This document shows positions 28,618-38,920 of a DNA stretch of 64,000 nt, piece by piece; position 1 is the stretch's first letter; each line of letters begins with the position of its first letter. The DNA is taken from contig CAZCVS010000001.1 of NCBI GenBank assembly GCA_964501845.1, forward strand, positions 207 through 64,206, in the 5' to 3' direction. The notes beneath the pieces were generated by a model, which was not told the origin of the DNA, searched no databases, and was given only the letters and a program-made list of their open reading frames with translations. Source of the DNA: an uncultured Iamiaceae bacterium (GTDB lineage Bacteria; Actinomycetota; Acidimicrobiia; Acidimicrobiales; Iamiaceae). A program made the translations under genes and the position numbers.

Positions 28618-30277
28618 GCGGCCGCACGGCGAGGTCGACGGCGACCGACGTCGCCGCGGGAGCCGTTGCGCATCCCGACTCCGGGGCGACCGATCCGAGC
28701 CCGACCGGGTCCAGGGCGCGAGCCGCGCCTCGGGCCACGAAGCGGGGCGCCTCCACCGGCCGCCGCCGCCCGCGACGGCGGAGGATCCCAGGGAGCTGCC
28801 GGCGGGCGGTGTGCAGGTAGTGCCGCACGTAGGTGATCGCCTCCACGTCCCGGTCGAGGACGACCTTCGTCCCCTCCGCCAGCATCCCGAGCAGGCTCGT
28901 GAGGCCCACGGAGAGCGAGGGAAGGTGGTGCACCCGGATGCGTCGCCGGAGGCCGCCAGGGAGCATCGGCAGGAGGCGGAACAGCAGTTCGTACTTCCGG
29001 TACAGCTTCGCCTCGTCGGTGTCCTCGGTGTTCGGCGCGTGGAAGTGACCGCTGCGGCCCTCGTTGATCAGGTCGACGTCCGCGTCGGAGAGCTCGCCGC
29101 GCTCGTGGGCGGCGCGAGTCAGCTCGACCCCGGGCAGGTACTTCAACCAGAAGACCTGGATCCGTGCCGGCGGGTGCGAGGCGTAGAGCTCACGTGCCTT
29201 CTCCTGGGCGCCGAGCGGCTCGCCGGGGAGGCCGAGGATGTGGTCGACCTTCACGTCCAGATCGGCGCTGGCGAGCGCAGCCAGCGACTCGTCCATGTGG
29301 CGCTCCTTCTCCATCCGGAGGAGCTCTTCGCGCTTGTAGTCCTCGTCGGCGGACTGGACGCCCATCTGGACCCAGCGGCAGCCAGCGTCCTTGAGCCAGC
29401 GGGCCATGTCGTCGTCGATGTAGCGCGGGTGCACGAGGCAGTGGAACGGCAGGTCGATCTCGCGCCGGTACTCGTGCAGGAAGGCCTTCAACCAGTCCTT
29501 GTTGGTGGTGAAGATGTCGTCCTCGAAGTCGACGCGCTTGAGACCCCAGCGGGCCTTGGCCCCGACGAGCTCCTCCATGACGTTCTCGATCGACCGACGA
29601 CGCAGGTAGCCCCGGCTGTTGCCCTTGCCTGGCAGCTTGGCGAAGAAGTTGTTGAAGCAGAAGGTGCAACGGTACGGGCAGCCGCGCGACGCCATCGTCA
29701 TGTAGCTGTCCTGGATCCGGATGTGCGGGCTCCACAGCTCCTTGTCGAAGAACGGAAGCTCATCGAGCTCCTGCTCGAACGGCGAGTTCGGCCCGACGAC
29801 CAGCTTCCCACCGTCGCGCCACCACAGGTTCCCGATGGGGGCGGCCGGTCGGCGGTGCGCCGGCGGGAGGACCTCGCACAGCCGCACCAGTGCCTCTTCT
29901 CCCTCGCCACGGCACACGTAGTCGATGCAGTCGTTCGCGAGGCAGACCTCTGGGACCGCGGAGGGGTGCACCCCACCGAAGATGATGGGGACGTCGCTGC
30001 GGGCCTTGATGGCGTTCGCGACCTGGAGGGACCACTGGTAGGTGGGGGTCAAGACGCTGAAGGCCACGAGGTCGGGGGCCGATGCGATGGCCTCGTCAAC
30101 GACCGCCGCCGTCCGGTCGAAGACCCGGGCAAGAGCGGGCATGTCGAGGTAGGTCCGATCGTCGAACAGCGCCGGGTTGAAGGCGAGCGACGTGGTGTGG
30201 CCCTCTCGTTGGAGGACCGATGAGAGCAGCGAGATGCCGAGCTGCTCCTGTCCCAAGGCGACGAACGTGACGTGCAT
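28610..30277 (-). CDS. cobalamin-binding radical SAM protein
   Basis: GGVHPS, GEGE, SRGCPYRCTFC, DDIF and LGLPGE motifs. Confidence 0.93.
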   Translation of the reverse strand: MHVTFVALGQEQLGISLLSSVLQREGHTTSLAFNPALFDDRTYLDMPALARVFDRTAAVVDEAIASAPDLVAFSVLTPTYQWSLQVANAIKARSDVPIIFGGVHPSAVPEVCLANDCIDYVCRGEGEEALVRLCEVLPPAHRRPAAPIGNLWWRDGGKLVVGPNSPFEQELDELPFFDKELWSPHIRIQDSYMTMASRGCPYRCTFCFNNFFAKLPGKGNSRGYLRRRSIENVMEELVGAKARWGLKRVDFEDDIFTTNKDWLKAFLHEYRREIDLPFHCLVHPRYIDDDMARWLKDAGCRWVQMGVQSADEDYKREELLRMEKERHMDESLAALASADLDVKVDHILGLPGEPLGAQEKARELYASHPPARIQVFWLKYLPGVELTRAAHERGELSDADVDLINEGRSGHFHAPNTEDTDEAKLYRKYELLFRLLPMLPGGLRRRIRVHHLPSLSVGLTSLLGMLAEGTKVVLDRDVEAITYVRHYLHTARRQLPGILRRRGRRRPVEAPRFVARGAARALDPVGLGSVAPESGCATAPAATSVAVDLAVRPRG

Positions 30278-30351
30278 GTGTAGTACTGCCCCCTCGGCTC
30301 CATTCGCCTGCCCGGATGCTACAGGGCGGGCGTCGCTACCGGCTCAGGCGC

Positions 30352-32283
30352 TCAGCCGCCGACCCGATTGCAGCGGATCTCCAATGGCTCGCCGGCACGT
30401 TGCTCCGCTGGAGATCGAGGTGGGCCACCGTCGGAGACCAGCGACAGGTTGGCGAGCCGCCGGCCGACCTCCTCGATCGTGATGCGGACCTCGAGCCGGG
30501 CCAAGTAGGACCCGATGCAGCGGTGCGGGCCGGCGCCGAAGGCGACGTGGGCTGACGTGCGGCGGGCGGGGTCGAACCGATCCGGATCCGCGAATACGGC
30601 AGGGTCGTGGTTGGCCGCAGCCAGGTCGCAGGAGATCCGGGCACCGGCCGGGGCGTCGGCGGCGCCGATCTTGGTGGACGACGTCGCCAGCCGGGCGATG
30701 GCCTTGACCGGCGATCCCCAGCGCAGCAGCTCCTCGACCGCCCCGCGGGCCGCGAGGTCGGCGTGCTCGACGCCGCCGGGGGTTGCGTCTTCCGCGAGCA
30801 GGGCAAGGGTGCACGACAGCGCCTCCGCCACGGGATCGATGCCGGCCAGCAGCAGCGTGTACGCCGTGTCCACGATCTCCTCGTCCGTCATGGGATCGCC
30901 CGGCCCGTCGGCCACCAGCAGCCGGCTGAGCAGATCATCGCCGGGGTGGCGGCGGCGGGTGGCCACGATCGGGCCGAAGTAGGCGTAAATGCGGCGACCG
31001 AACTGCGCTGGATGGTCGTCCGGGTCGTCGTCTCGGCGCCCTCGCAGGACGCCGTCGTGCAGCTCGCGCACGACGCCGAGGTCCTCCGGTGGGAGGCCGA
31101 GGAGGTCAACGAAGACCCCCACGGGAAGCGGACGCGAGTAGCGGGCGTTGCCATCGCCTCCACCCGTGGCCGCGAGGTCGTCGAGGAGCGCAGCCGCCCG
31201 GGCGCGGATGATCGGTTCGAGGCCGGCGATGGCGGACGGGGCCAGCACCACCTCGAGGCGCGAACGGAGGCGGGGGTGGTCTTCGGGTGACGCCTGGAGC
31301 GGCAGGAGAGGGCGCTCTTGGCCACACTGGATGGCAGGGCCCTCAGTGGAGAAGGTGGTCGCGTCGCCAAGCACATGGCGGACCAGGTGGTGCGCGTCGA
31401 CGCAGACCGGCGAAGGCGGGTCGCTCGGCGCTTCCGCTCCGAACGGGCCGGAGGTGACGCGCGCGGCGCGAACCGCTCGTCGCGCCGGCGGGAGCTCAGC
31501 ACGCATGCGGTCGGGGTCGAGGGCGTGGAACTGGTGCTCGACGAAGAAGCGCCGGTCTACGTCGAACACCTCCGCCGTCTCCCGGTCGATGGGGAGGGCA
31601 TACGCCGGCTGCGCCCCGATCGGGGTCAGCATCGCCGCCAGGGCGACGCGGGCTTGGCCCGAGGCGTTGGGGCCCGAGCCGTGGATCAGCGCATGGTCGA
31701 AGACCACCGCGTGACCGGGCGCGAGCCGGACCTCCACCAGGAACCGATCAGGGTCCTCGTCGACCTCGGGGGCCAGGTTCTCGTCCCCGTCGTGGACCCG
31801 CCAGCCGGTGGCCGCAGCCAGGTGGCTTCCGGGTGCGACGAGCAGGACCCCGTTGGCGGCGTCGGTGGCATCGAGCGCGCACCAGACGGTGAAGGACCGG
31901 TGCCGGGTCTCGTCGACGAACGATGGGTCGCGGTGGGTGCGCACGGTGGAGTCGGCGCTCGACCACTTCGCCAGGTGCGCGACCGCGAGGAGGTCGTGAT
32001 CCGAGGTGAGCCGCGCCAGTGGCGGACCGAGGATGGCACGGAGGCCGCGGTCCACCGCGGCGCGGTAGCTCGGCTCTCCGCACCAGGCATCGCTGAAGAA
32101 GCCCGTTCGGGGGTCATCAGGCGCAGGACCCAGCTCGTGGCGCGACGAGCGCGCCCGCTCGAGCTCGTCGGGGTCGAGGAACGGCACCACGGCGTACCCG
32201 TCCACCGCGAGCGCCGCAGCCACCTGCGCGTCGGCGAATCCTGCCGGCGAAGGGCGCGGCACGTCGACACCAGGCGATCCCAT
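30352..32283 (-). CDS. PhyH-family dioxygenase / cytochrome P450 fusion
   Basis: N-half: HRD, VWCAL, NG...PGSH, IHGS. C-half: EELLR, FDP, FGAGPHRCIG. One continuous frame. Confidence 0.85.
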   Translation of the reverse strand: MGSPGVDVPRPSPAGFADAQVAAALAVDGYAVVPFLDPDELERARSSRHELGPAPDDPRTGFFSDAWCGEPSYRAAVDRGLRAILGPPLARLTSDHDLLAVAHLAKWSSADSTVRTHRDPSFVDETRHRSFTVWCALDATDAANGVLLVAPGSHLAAATGWRVHDGDENLAPEVDEDPDRFLVEVRLAPGHAVVFDHALIHGSGPNASGQARVALAAMLTPIGAQPAYALPIDRETAEVFDVDRRFFVEHQFHALDPDRMRAELPPARRAVRAARVTSGPFGAEAPSDPPSPVCVDAHHLVRHVLGDATTFSTEGPAIQCGQERPLLPLQASPEDHPRLRSRLEVVLAPSAIAGLEPIIRARAAALLDDLAATGGGDGNARYSRPLPVGVFVDLLGLPPEDLGVVRELHDGVLRGRRDDDPDDHPAQFGRRIYAYFGPIVATRRRHPGDDLLSRLLVADGPGDPMTDEEIVDTAYTLLLAGIDPVAEALSCTLALLAEDATPGGVEHADLAARGAVEELLRWGSPVKAIARLATSSTKIGAADAPAGARISCDLAAANHDPAVFADPDRFDPARRTSAHVAFGAGPHRCIGSYLARLEVRITIEEVGRRLANLSLVSDGGPPRSPAEQRAGEPLEIRCNRVGG

Positions 32284-32352
32284 GGCCGGGAGGCTACCGG
32301 CAGGACCGGCCTCGACCGCCGGGGTCAGCGGTAGGGTGGGGCGTCGGTACGG

Positions 32353-33894
32353 GTGCCAAGGGGGATCGCGACCGTGGTCCGAGAGTCGCCGGGCGACCGG
32401 CTCGAAACTTCGTGCGCCGCCCCAGCCTCGGCGCTCTACTTCCGCCCCGACGGGGCGGTCACCGCCTGCTGCGCGAGCTGGCACGTGCTCGGTTGGGTCA
32501 CCGGGCCGCGTCGGCGGGCGCTGCGCGAGATCTGGGATTCCGACGAGGCAGCGGTGCTGCGGCGGGCATTGGAGGCGGACGACTTCGGCTACGGCTGCTG
32601 GGAGTGCGGTGCGATGGCAAAGGATGGACGCCGCGACGCAAGCCTCGCCGCCTCCTTCGATCCGCAGGCACGCCGACCTGGCGCCCGCTTCCCGGCTGTC
32701 ATGGACTTCGCCCTGTCCAACCGGTGCAACCTCCGCTGCGTGATGTGCAACGGCGGGCTGTCATCGGCCATCCGCAGCCAGCGGGAGGGGCGCCCGCCGC
32801 TGGCCCCGGCCTACGACGACCGATTCTTCGACGAGTTGGCCGTGTTCCTGCCTCATCTGGAGCGGGCGTCCTTCAAGGGCGGAGAGCCCTTGCTCGCCAA
32901 GGAGAACTGGCGCATCTGGGACCTCATGGCCGAGCTCGGGACCCGTGCCGAAATCTCCGTGACCACCAACGGAACCGTCTGGAACCCACGGGTCGCCCGT
33001 CTCCTTGCCGACCGGCGCGCCTCGGTGAACGTGTCGATCGACGCGCTCGATCCCGAGCTGCTCCGCGAGATCCGGGTCGGCATCGACCCCGAACAGCTCC
33101 ACGCCAACCTCGACCACTTCCAGGCGGCCACCGAGGCCAGTGGTGCCGGTCTGACCTTGAGCTTCTGCCTCATGGCCCAGAACTGGTGGGAGCTCCCCGG
33201 CTTCCTGGTCGAGTCGGCCCGCCGGGGTGCGAACCCCAACGTGATCTGGGTCGATGGTCCCGAACGGTTCGGCCTGCTCAAGCTGCCGACTGACGAGCTC
33301 GCGGCCGCTGCCGACGAGTTGGACCGCGCGGCCGATGCGTCACCCGACCTGTCTGGCCAAGGCCGCTCCACGGTGCACGAGGCCGCCCAGCGGATGCGCG
33401 CCGCCAGCAAGGACCGTGCTACAGCGATGGCGACGAGGGTCACGCTGCGACCGTCGGTGAAGCGATCGCCCACGGCGACCCGGGTACCGTCGGCGTGGGA
33501 CAGCGTCGACGCGATCGAAGCCGAGGCCGGTGTGCAGGCCATGACGCTGACCTACCGGAACAGCGTCGTCGTGGACCTCGAGCGCCCACCCTGGGCCGAC
33601 GAGCTCGGGCCCATCGAGTGGGCCGGCAGCGGCCTCGACGAGTTCACCACGCTCCTCGCCGCAGGCGCCGGGTGCCCGATGCACGGCGACATCGAGCCAC
33701 TGGCCGACGAAGGCTACGGGTTCCGGATGGTCTTGGAGCTCCCTGACGATCCGGTGACAGTCGTGGGCTGCTACCTACCGGGGTCGATCGGTGAGGGCAA
33801 GATGGCCTTCGTCCGGATGAGGGGTGGAGCACCGGACGGCTCGAAGCCCGCCGACCGGACCGAAGCCGAACCCGTCAGCGGGCGCCCACGGTAG
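32353..33894 (+). CDS. radical SAM protein with N-terminal SPASM/twitch-like domain and C-terminal extension
   Basis: C..P...DG....CC...CWEC followed by SNRCNLRCVMC, GGEP, TTNG and SID. Confidence 0.9.
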   Translation: MPRGIATVVRESPGDRLETSCAAPASALYFRPDGAVTACCASWHVLGWVTGPRRRALREIWDSDEAAVLRRALEADDFGYGCWECGAMAKDGRRDASLAASFDPQARRPGARFPAVMDFALSNRCNLRCVMCNGGLSSAIRSQREGRPPLAPAYDDRFFDELAVFLPHLERASFKGGEPLLAKENWRIWDLMAELGTRAEISVTTNGTVWNPRVARLLADRRASVNVSIDALDPELLREIRVGIDPEQLHANLDHFQAATEASGAGLTLSFCLMAQNWWELPGFLVESARRGANPNVIWVDGPERFGLLKLPTDELAAAADELDRAADASPDLSGQGRSTVHEAAQRMRAASKDRATAMATRVTLRPSVKRSPTATRVPSAWDSVDAIEAEAGVQAMTLTYRNSVVVDLERPPWADELGPIEWAGSGLDEFTTLLAAGAGCPMHGDIEPLADEGYGFRMVLELPDDPVTVVGCYLPGSIGEGKMAFVRMRGGAPDGSKPADRTEAEPVSGRPR

Positions 33895-34789
33895 GACGAC
33901 CGGCAGCGACATCATTGCTCCGTTCGATGAGCTCGGTGCTCGTGAGAGGCTGCGGCGCGAACGCCACGGGCATCGCCGGAGGCAGCTCGGTGGGCTCGGC
34001 GCGGAAGTCGAAGCGCCGGAAGAAGTCGGCACTGACGTCGCGATACTGCACCAGCTCATCGTCGCGGCAGTAGTAGTAGGAGATCGGCGACGCCCGCGGG
34101 AGGAAGTTCGCGGCGACGACCACCCGAGGCTCGTCGCTGCGGTTGGGTGGCGACCCGTGCACGAGCGCCAGGTCGAGCGCGATCGCCTGGCCGGCGCGCA
34201 CATCGATGCACTGCAGGTCAGCCATGGTCAGGCCCTCGACAGGATCGTGGTAGCCCGACGGGAAGTGCGGCGCCGGCCTGAGCCGGTTGAGCGCTCGGTG
34301 GCTCCCCGGGAGCACAGCGAGCGTCCCGTTGTGCTCGGTGGTGTCCACGAGCGGTGCCCAGAGGTTCACGGCACGAAAGCGGGTCTCGTCGGAGAAGGTC
34401 CAGTCCTGGTGGACGGGCTTGAGGCCCGCCTCGCCCGGCCACTTCACGGCAACGGCCGTGAGGTTCATGGCGTGGTCCACGAAGAGCGACGCAGCCGGGG
34501 CCTGGAACCGCTCGCTGAGGACCTCGTGCACCCGGTTGCGGTACTCCTCGTCGGTGATCTCCACCGAGGTGGCGAACCCGCGCGTCGGGGGGTCGAGGCG
34601 GCGAGCGTCCTCGCGCAGCTGGGCGATCTCCGCGGGGGAGAACACATCGACGACCACGAACCCATCCCGATCGAAGCGGGCCTGCGTGTCGGGGTCCTGG
34701 AAGGTGGGGAACACCTCCGGAGCGGCCGCGGCGTCGCTTCGCACGGCTGCAGCCGCCCACGCCGCTCGTCGTCGTCGCCTCCCGATCAT
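33875..34789 (-). CDS. PhyH-family Fe(II)/2OG dioxygenase
   Basis: HQDW, LWAPL, NG...PGSH and VHGS motifs. Confidence 0.9.
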   Translation of the reverse strand: MIGRRRRRAAWAAAAVRSDAAAAPEVFPTFQDPDTQARFDRDGFVVVDVFSPAEIAQLREDARRLDPPTRGFATSVEITDEEYRNRVHEVLSERFQAPAASLFVDHAMNLTAVAVKWPGEAGLKPVHQDWTFSDETRFRAVNLWAPLVDTTEHNGTLAVLPGSHRALNRLRPAPHFPSGYHDPVEGLTMADLQCIDVRAGQAIALDLALVHGSPPNRSDEPRVVVAANFLPRASPISYYYCRDDELVQYRDVSADFFRRFDFRAEPTELPPAMPVAFAPQPLTSTELIERSNDVAAGRPTVGAR

Positions 34790-34871
34790 CGAGCGAGGCT
34801 ACCGCGCCGCCGGCGCACGGACCTCGTCCAGCCACGAGCCGGGTCCCTCGACCGGCCGGCGAACAGCACCG

Positions 34872-36578
34872 CTACACCTGTGCTCGCGGGCCCAGGCCGA
34901 TCGCCACCGCGACGCCGGCGTTCGCCACCTGGGACGCACCCTCCGTGCTCTCGGGTGGGACGGTGCAGCCACCTCCCGTTCCCGCGGCATTGCCACTGCC
35001 CGACGGTACTGCTGGCGGTCGTGGCGCATCCGGTTGTGGGGGTGGGCCCATCAGCGGGCGACGGCGCCGGACGATGTCTCGAACGATCAACGGGATCTGC
35101 TTGCGGATCTGGTGGCCGTAGTACCGGAGGTAGATCGGCGCTTCGGTGTCGCGCTGGATCACGCTGCTGAGCCCCTCGAGGAACATCCCGAACAGGTCCG
35201 CCACCGTGGCGGGGAGGTTGGGCACGTGGCGGACGCCGACCCGTCGGCGCAGCGGTCCGGGCAGGAGCGGGAGGAGGCGGTACAAGATCTCGTACCGGCG
35301 GTAGATCTCCTGGTCGCTGGCATGGATGAAGCTGCGCGTGTGGAACCGGCCGCTCTCCCCTCGGTTGATGGAGGCGTAGTCCGCCTCGCTCAGGTCGCCT
35401 CGCTCGACCGCGCTCCTGGTCAGCTCCACCCCGGGCAGGTGGGTCAGCCAGAAGGTGCTGATGCGCCGAGGCGGAAACTCCTTGTAGAGGTCGAGCGCCA
35501 GCTCCTGTGCCGAGAGCGGCTCGCCCGGCAGGCCCAGCATGTGGTCGAGCTTGGCGGGGAGGCCGGCGCCCTGGAGCGCAGCCAGCGACTCCCGCATGTG
35601 GTTGTCGTTCTCCATCCGCAGCAGTGCCCCGCGCTTGTAGTCCTCGTCGGCGGACTGCACGCCCATCTGCACCGACAAGCATCCAGCGTCCTTGAGCCAC
35701 CGGGACATGTCTCGATCGATGTAGCGCGGGTGCACGAGGCAGATGAACGGAACGTCGACCTCGCGCTTGTACTCGATCAGGAAGTCGTGGATCCACTGCT
35801 TCTTCGTGGTGAAGATGTCGTCGTCGAACTCGACGCGCTTGATGTCGTAGGTCGCCTTCGCCTCGACCAACTCGCCCATCATGTGGCCGATGGAGCGCTG
35901 CCGGAGGTAGCCGCGGCTGTTGCCCTTCCCGGGGATCTTGGCGAAGAAGTTGTTGAAGCAGAAAGTGCACCGGTAGGGACACCCCCGCGACGACATGGTC
36001 ACCCAGTTGTCGCCGATGCGGATGTGCTCGGCCCAGAGCTCCTTGTCCCAGTACGGCAGGGAATCGAGGTCCTGGAGGAACGGCGATGACGGTCCCCGCA
36101 CCAGGCGGCCTCCGTCGATCCACGCCAGGTTGGCGATCTCCTTGACCGGGCGGTGACCCGAGGTGGGGAGCACCTCGCACAGTTGGACGAGCGCGTCCTC
36201 TCCCTCGCCGATGCACACGTAGTCGACCACGTCGTTCTCGAGGCAGATCTCTGGCACCGCCGAGGGGTGGACCCCCCCGAAGATCACCGGAACGTCGTAG
36301 CGCTCCTTGACCGCGCGGGCCACGGCGAGGAACCACTGGTACGTCGGCGTGATGACGCTGAAGGCCAACAGATCCGGCTGCTCTGCGACGATGTCGTCGA
36401 CGATCGCATCGAAGCGGTCGAAGAACCGGCCCAACCGAGGCATGTCCAGGTAGTAGCGGTCGTCGAAGAGCGCCGGATTGTAGACGAGGGAGGTCTCGTG
36501 GCCCTCTCGCTTGAGCACCGAGGAGAGCAGGGAGATGGCGAGCTGCTCCTGTCCCAGCGCAACGAAGGTGACCTTCAT
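34872..36578 (-). CDS. cobalamin-binding radical SAM protein (paralog of 28610-30277)
   Basis: SRGCPYRCTFCFNNFFAK shared with its paralog; GGAG RBS. Confidence 0.93.
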   Translation of the reverse strand: MKVTFVALGQEQLAISLLSSVLKREGHETSLVYNPALFDDRYYLDMPRLGRFFDRFDAIVDDIVAEQPDLLAFSVITPTYQWFLAVARAVKERYDVPVIFGGVHPSAVPEICLENDVVDYVCIGEGEDALVQLCEVLPTSGHRPVKEIANLAWIDGGRLVRGPSSPFLQDLDSLPYWDKELWAEHIRIGDNWVTMSSRGCPYRCTFCFNNFFAKIPGKGNSRGYLRQRSIGHMMGELVEAKATYDIKRVEFDDDIFTTKKQWIHDFLIEYKREVDVPFICLVHPRYIDRDMSRWLKDAGCLSVQMGVQSADEDYKRGALLRMENDNHMRESLAALQGAGLPAKLDHMLGLPGEPLSAQELALDLYKEFPPRRISTFWLTHLPGVELTRSAVERGDLSEADYASINRGESGRFHTRSFIHASDQEIYRRYEILYRLLPLLPGPLRRRVGVRHVPNLPATVADLFGMFLEGLSSVIQRDTEAPIYLRYYGHQIRKQIPLIVRDIVRRRRPLMGPPPQPDAPRPPAVPSGSGNAAGTGGGCTVPPESTEGASQVANAGVAVAIGLGPRAQV

Positions 36579-36809
36579 GGATACTCCCCGGCAAACGTGG
36601 CGACGTCACGAACCGTAGCCGACCATCCCACCGGATCGACGAGGTCCAGCAGAGCCGCAGGCTGACGGACGAAGCCGGAGCACCCAGCCGAGCACCGCCG
36701 GTGGATGGCAGCGAGCCGAGGAGCACCTGCACCCGCCGCGGCGCGACAGGCATACTTGCGGCATCTTGCTCGCGTGCAACCGGGCACCACCCAAGCCGAA
36801 GCGACCCCC

Positions 36810-37808
36810 ATGACCGATCATCTCGACTGGTATCCCGGACGGTCCATCCTGGTGACCGGAGGCCTGGGGTTCATCGGCTCGAACCTGGCGCTCGCGCTCG
36901 ACGCCCTCGGTGCTCGCGTCACCATCGTCGACTCGTCGATCCCGGGTCTCGGCGCCAACCGGTTCAACGTGGACGGGCTCAGCACCCGGGCGCAGGTCGC
37001 CGACATCGACCTGCGCGACTCCGTCGCCCTGGCACCCCTGTTGGCCGGTCAGGACTGCGTCTTCAACCTCGCGGGTCAGGTCAGCCACATCGATTCGATG
37101 GTCGATCCTCTGACCGACCTCGACCTGAACGGCCGGGCGCAGCTGAGCCTGCTCGAAGCCATCCGATCCAGCGGAGAGCGCCCCCGGGTGGTCTTCGCCT
37201 CCACCCGTCAGGTCTACGGCCGACCCGACCAGATCCCCGTCGCCGAGGATCACCCGGTCCGGCCCACCGACATCAACGGCGTCCACAAGCAGGCTGCTGA
37301 GCACTACCACCGCCTCTACCACGAGGTCCACGGAGTGCCCACGGTCGTGCTGCGCCTGGCCAACGTCTACGGGCCCCGCCAGCTCATGCGCGGCCGCAGC
37401 CAGGGCTTCATCCCCATCTTCGTGCGCGCCGCCATCGAGGACGGCACCATCGAGCTGTTCGGTGGCGGTCACCAAGAGCGCGATGCCAACTACATCGACG
37501 ACGTCGTCGACGCGTTCCTCCGGTGCGGCCCGCCCACCGGTGCCGCACCCGGCAGCACCTACAACCTGGGGTCCGAGCCACCCTTCACGCTGCAGTCGTT
37601 CGCCAAGACCCTGGTGGCCATCGCCGGTGCGGGCACGCTGGTCGACGCAGCGTGGCCCGCAGACCGCGCCCGGATCGATGTGGGCAGCGTCTCGACCGAC
37701 TCCTCGCGCATCGCCGCCGACCTCGGGTGGACGCCGAGCTGGTCGCTGTCCGACGGCCTCGAGGCCACGGTCGCCTACTACCGGCTTCACGGGCGCCACT
37801 ACTGGTGA
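36810..37808 (+). CDS. NAD-dependent epimerase/dehydratase
   Basis: TGGLGFIG, NGVHK, LRLANVYGP and RDANYIDD motifs. Confidence 0.93.
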   Translation: MTDHLDWYPGRSILVTGGLGFIGSNLALALDALGARVTIVDSSIPGLGANRFNVDGLSTRAQVADIDLRDSVALAPLLAGQDCVFNLAGQVSHIDSMVDPLTDLDLNGRAQLSLLEAIRSSGERPRVVFASTRQVYGRPDQIPVAEDHPVRPTDINGVHKQAAEHYHRLYHEVHGVPTVVLRLANVYGPRQLMRGRSQGFIPIFVRAAIEDGTIELFGGGHQERDANYIDDVVDAFLRCGPPTGAAPGSTYNLGSEPPFTLQSFAKTLVAIAGAGTLVDAAWPADRARIDVGSVSTDSSRIAADLGWTPSWSLSDGLEATVAYYRLHGRHYW

Positions 37809-38920
37809 CGGGACCGCCGGTCGTCCGCTTCGCCGACCTGCGACGCTCGCCCGCCGAGCTGGAACGGGAGATCGACGCGGTGCGCCGCGTCGCCGAGCGC
37901 GGCGTCTACGTGCTCGGACCGGAGGTGGCCGCCCTGGAAGCGGACCTGGCCCGCACCAGCGGTACCGCCCACGTGGTCGGGGTGGCTTCAGGCACCGACG
38001 CGCTCTCGCTCGGCCTGACCGCCCTCGGCATCGGCCCCGGCGACGAGGTGATCGTGCCGGCGTTCACCGCCTTCGCCACCGCCGCGGCCGTGATCGACGC
38101 CGGCGCCACTCCGGTCCTCGTCGACGTCGAGCCTCACCGCCCGCACCTGGACCTCGAACGCGCTCGGGACGCGGTGACCCGCAGGACGCGGGCCGCCGTG
38201 CTCGTGCACCTCTACGGCGCGCCGGCTGATGCGGCCGCATGGGTCGCGGCGTTCGCGCCGCTCGGCATCGAGATCGTCGAGGACTGTGCTCAAGCCCAGG
38301 GTGCGACCCTCGACGACGGACGTCCGGTCGGCTCCATCGGCCGGTTCGGCGCCCTCAGCTTCTATCCCACCAAGAACCTCGGCGGCGCAGGCGACGGCGG
38401 CGCTGTGCTCACCGACGATCCCGACCTGGCCGAGCGGGTCCGCTGGTGGCGCAACCACGGGACCGACGGCCAGGGTCCGCTCCACCGGGTGCCGGCGCGC
38501 AACTCCCGCCTCGACGAGGTCCAGGCCGCGCTCCTGCGGGTCCGGCTCGAGGGCCTCGATCACGCCGTCGCGTCGCGGCGCGCCACCTGCGCCCGCTACC
38601 GGGAGGCCTTTCCCGCGGATCTCGACGTCGACCCGATCGACCACGGACCTGGCGGCGCCCCGCACCTGGCAGTCGTGCGGACCACAGACCCGGCTTCGGT
38701 CGCCGAGTTCCTCGGCCGCGCGGCCATCGAGTCACGCCGTCACTACCCCATCGCCTTGATCGACCAGCCGGGGCTGCGCGGTCGTGCCTCCGGCGGCGAC
38801 GCCCCGAACGCCCGGGCATGGGCGGCGTCGTGCCTCTCGCTGCCGCTCCACCCGCGCCTCGACACCGCCGAGGTCGACCGCGTGGTGCTCGCCGTCACCG
38901 ACGCGACGCGCCCTCGCTGA
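37805..38920 (+). CDS. DegT/DnrJ/EryC1/StrS sugar aminotransferase
   Basis: SGTDAL, VHLYG, EDCAQA, SFYPTKNLG and NSRLDE motifs; GTGA overlap with the epimerase gene. Confidence 0.94.
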   Translation: MTGPPVVRFADLRRSPAELEREIDAVRRVAERGVYVLGPEVAALEADLARTSGTAHVVGVASGTDALSLGLTALGIGPGDEVIVPAFTAFATAAAVIDAGATPVLVDVEPHRPHLDLERARDAVTRRTRAAVLVHLYGAPADAAAWVAAFAPLGIEIVEDCAQAQGATLDDGRPVGSIGRFGALSFYPTKNLGGAGDGGAVLTDDPDLAERVRWWRNHGTDGQGPLHRVPARNSRLDEVQAALLRVRLEGLDHAVASRRATCARYREAFPADLDVDPIDHGPGGAPHLAVVRTTDPASVAEFLGRAAIESRRHYPIALIDQPGLRGRASGGDAPNARAWAASCLSLPLHPRLDTAEVDRVVLAVTDATRPR

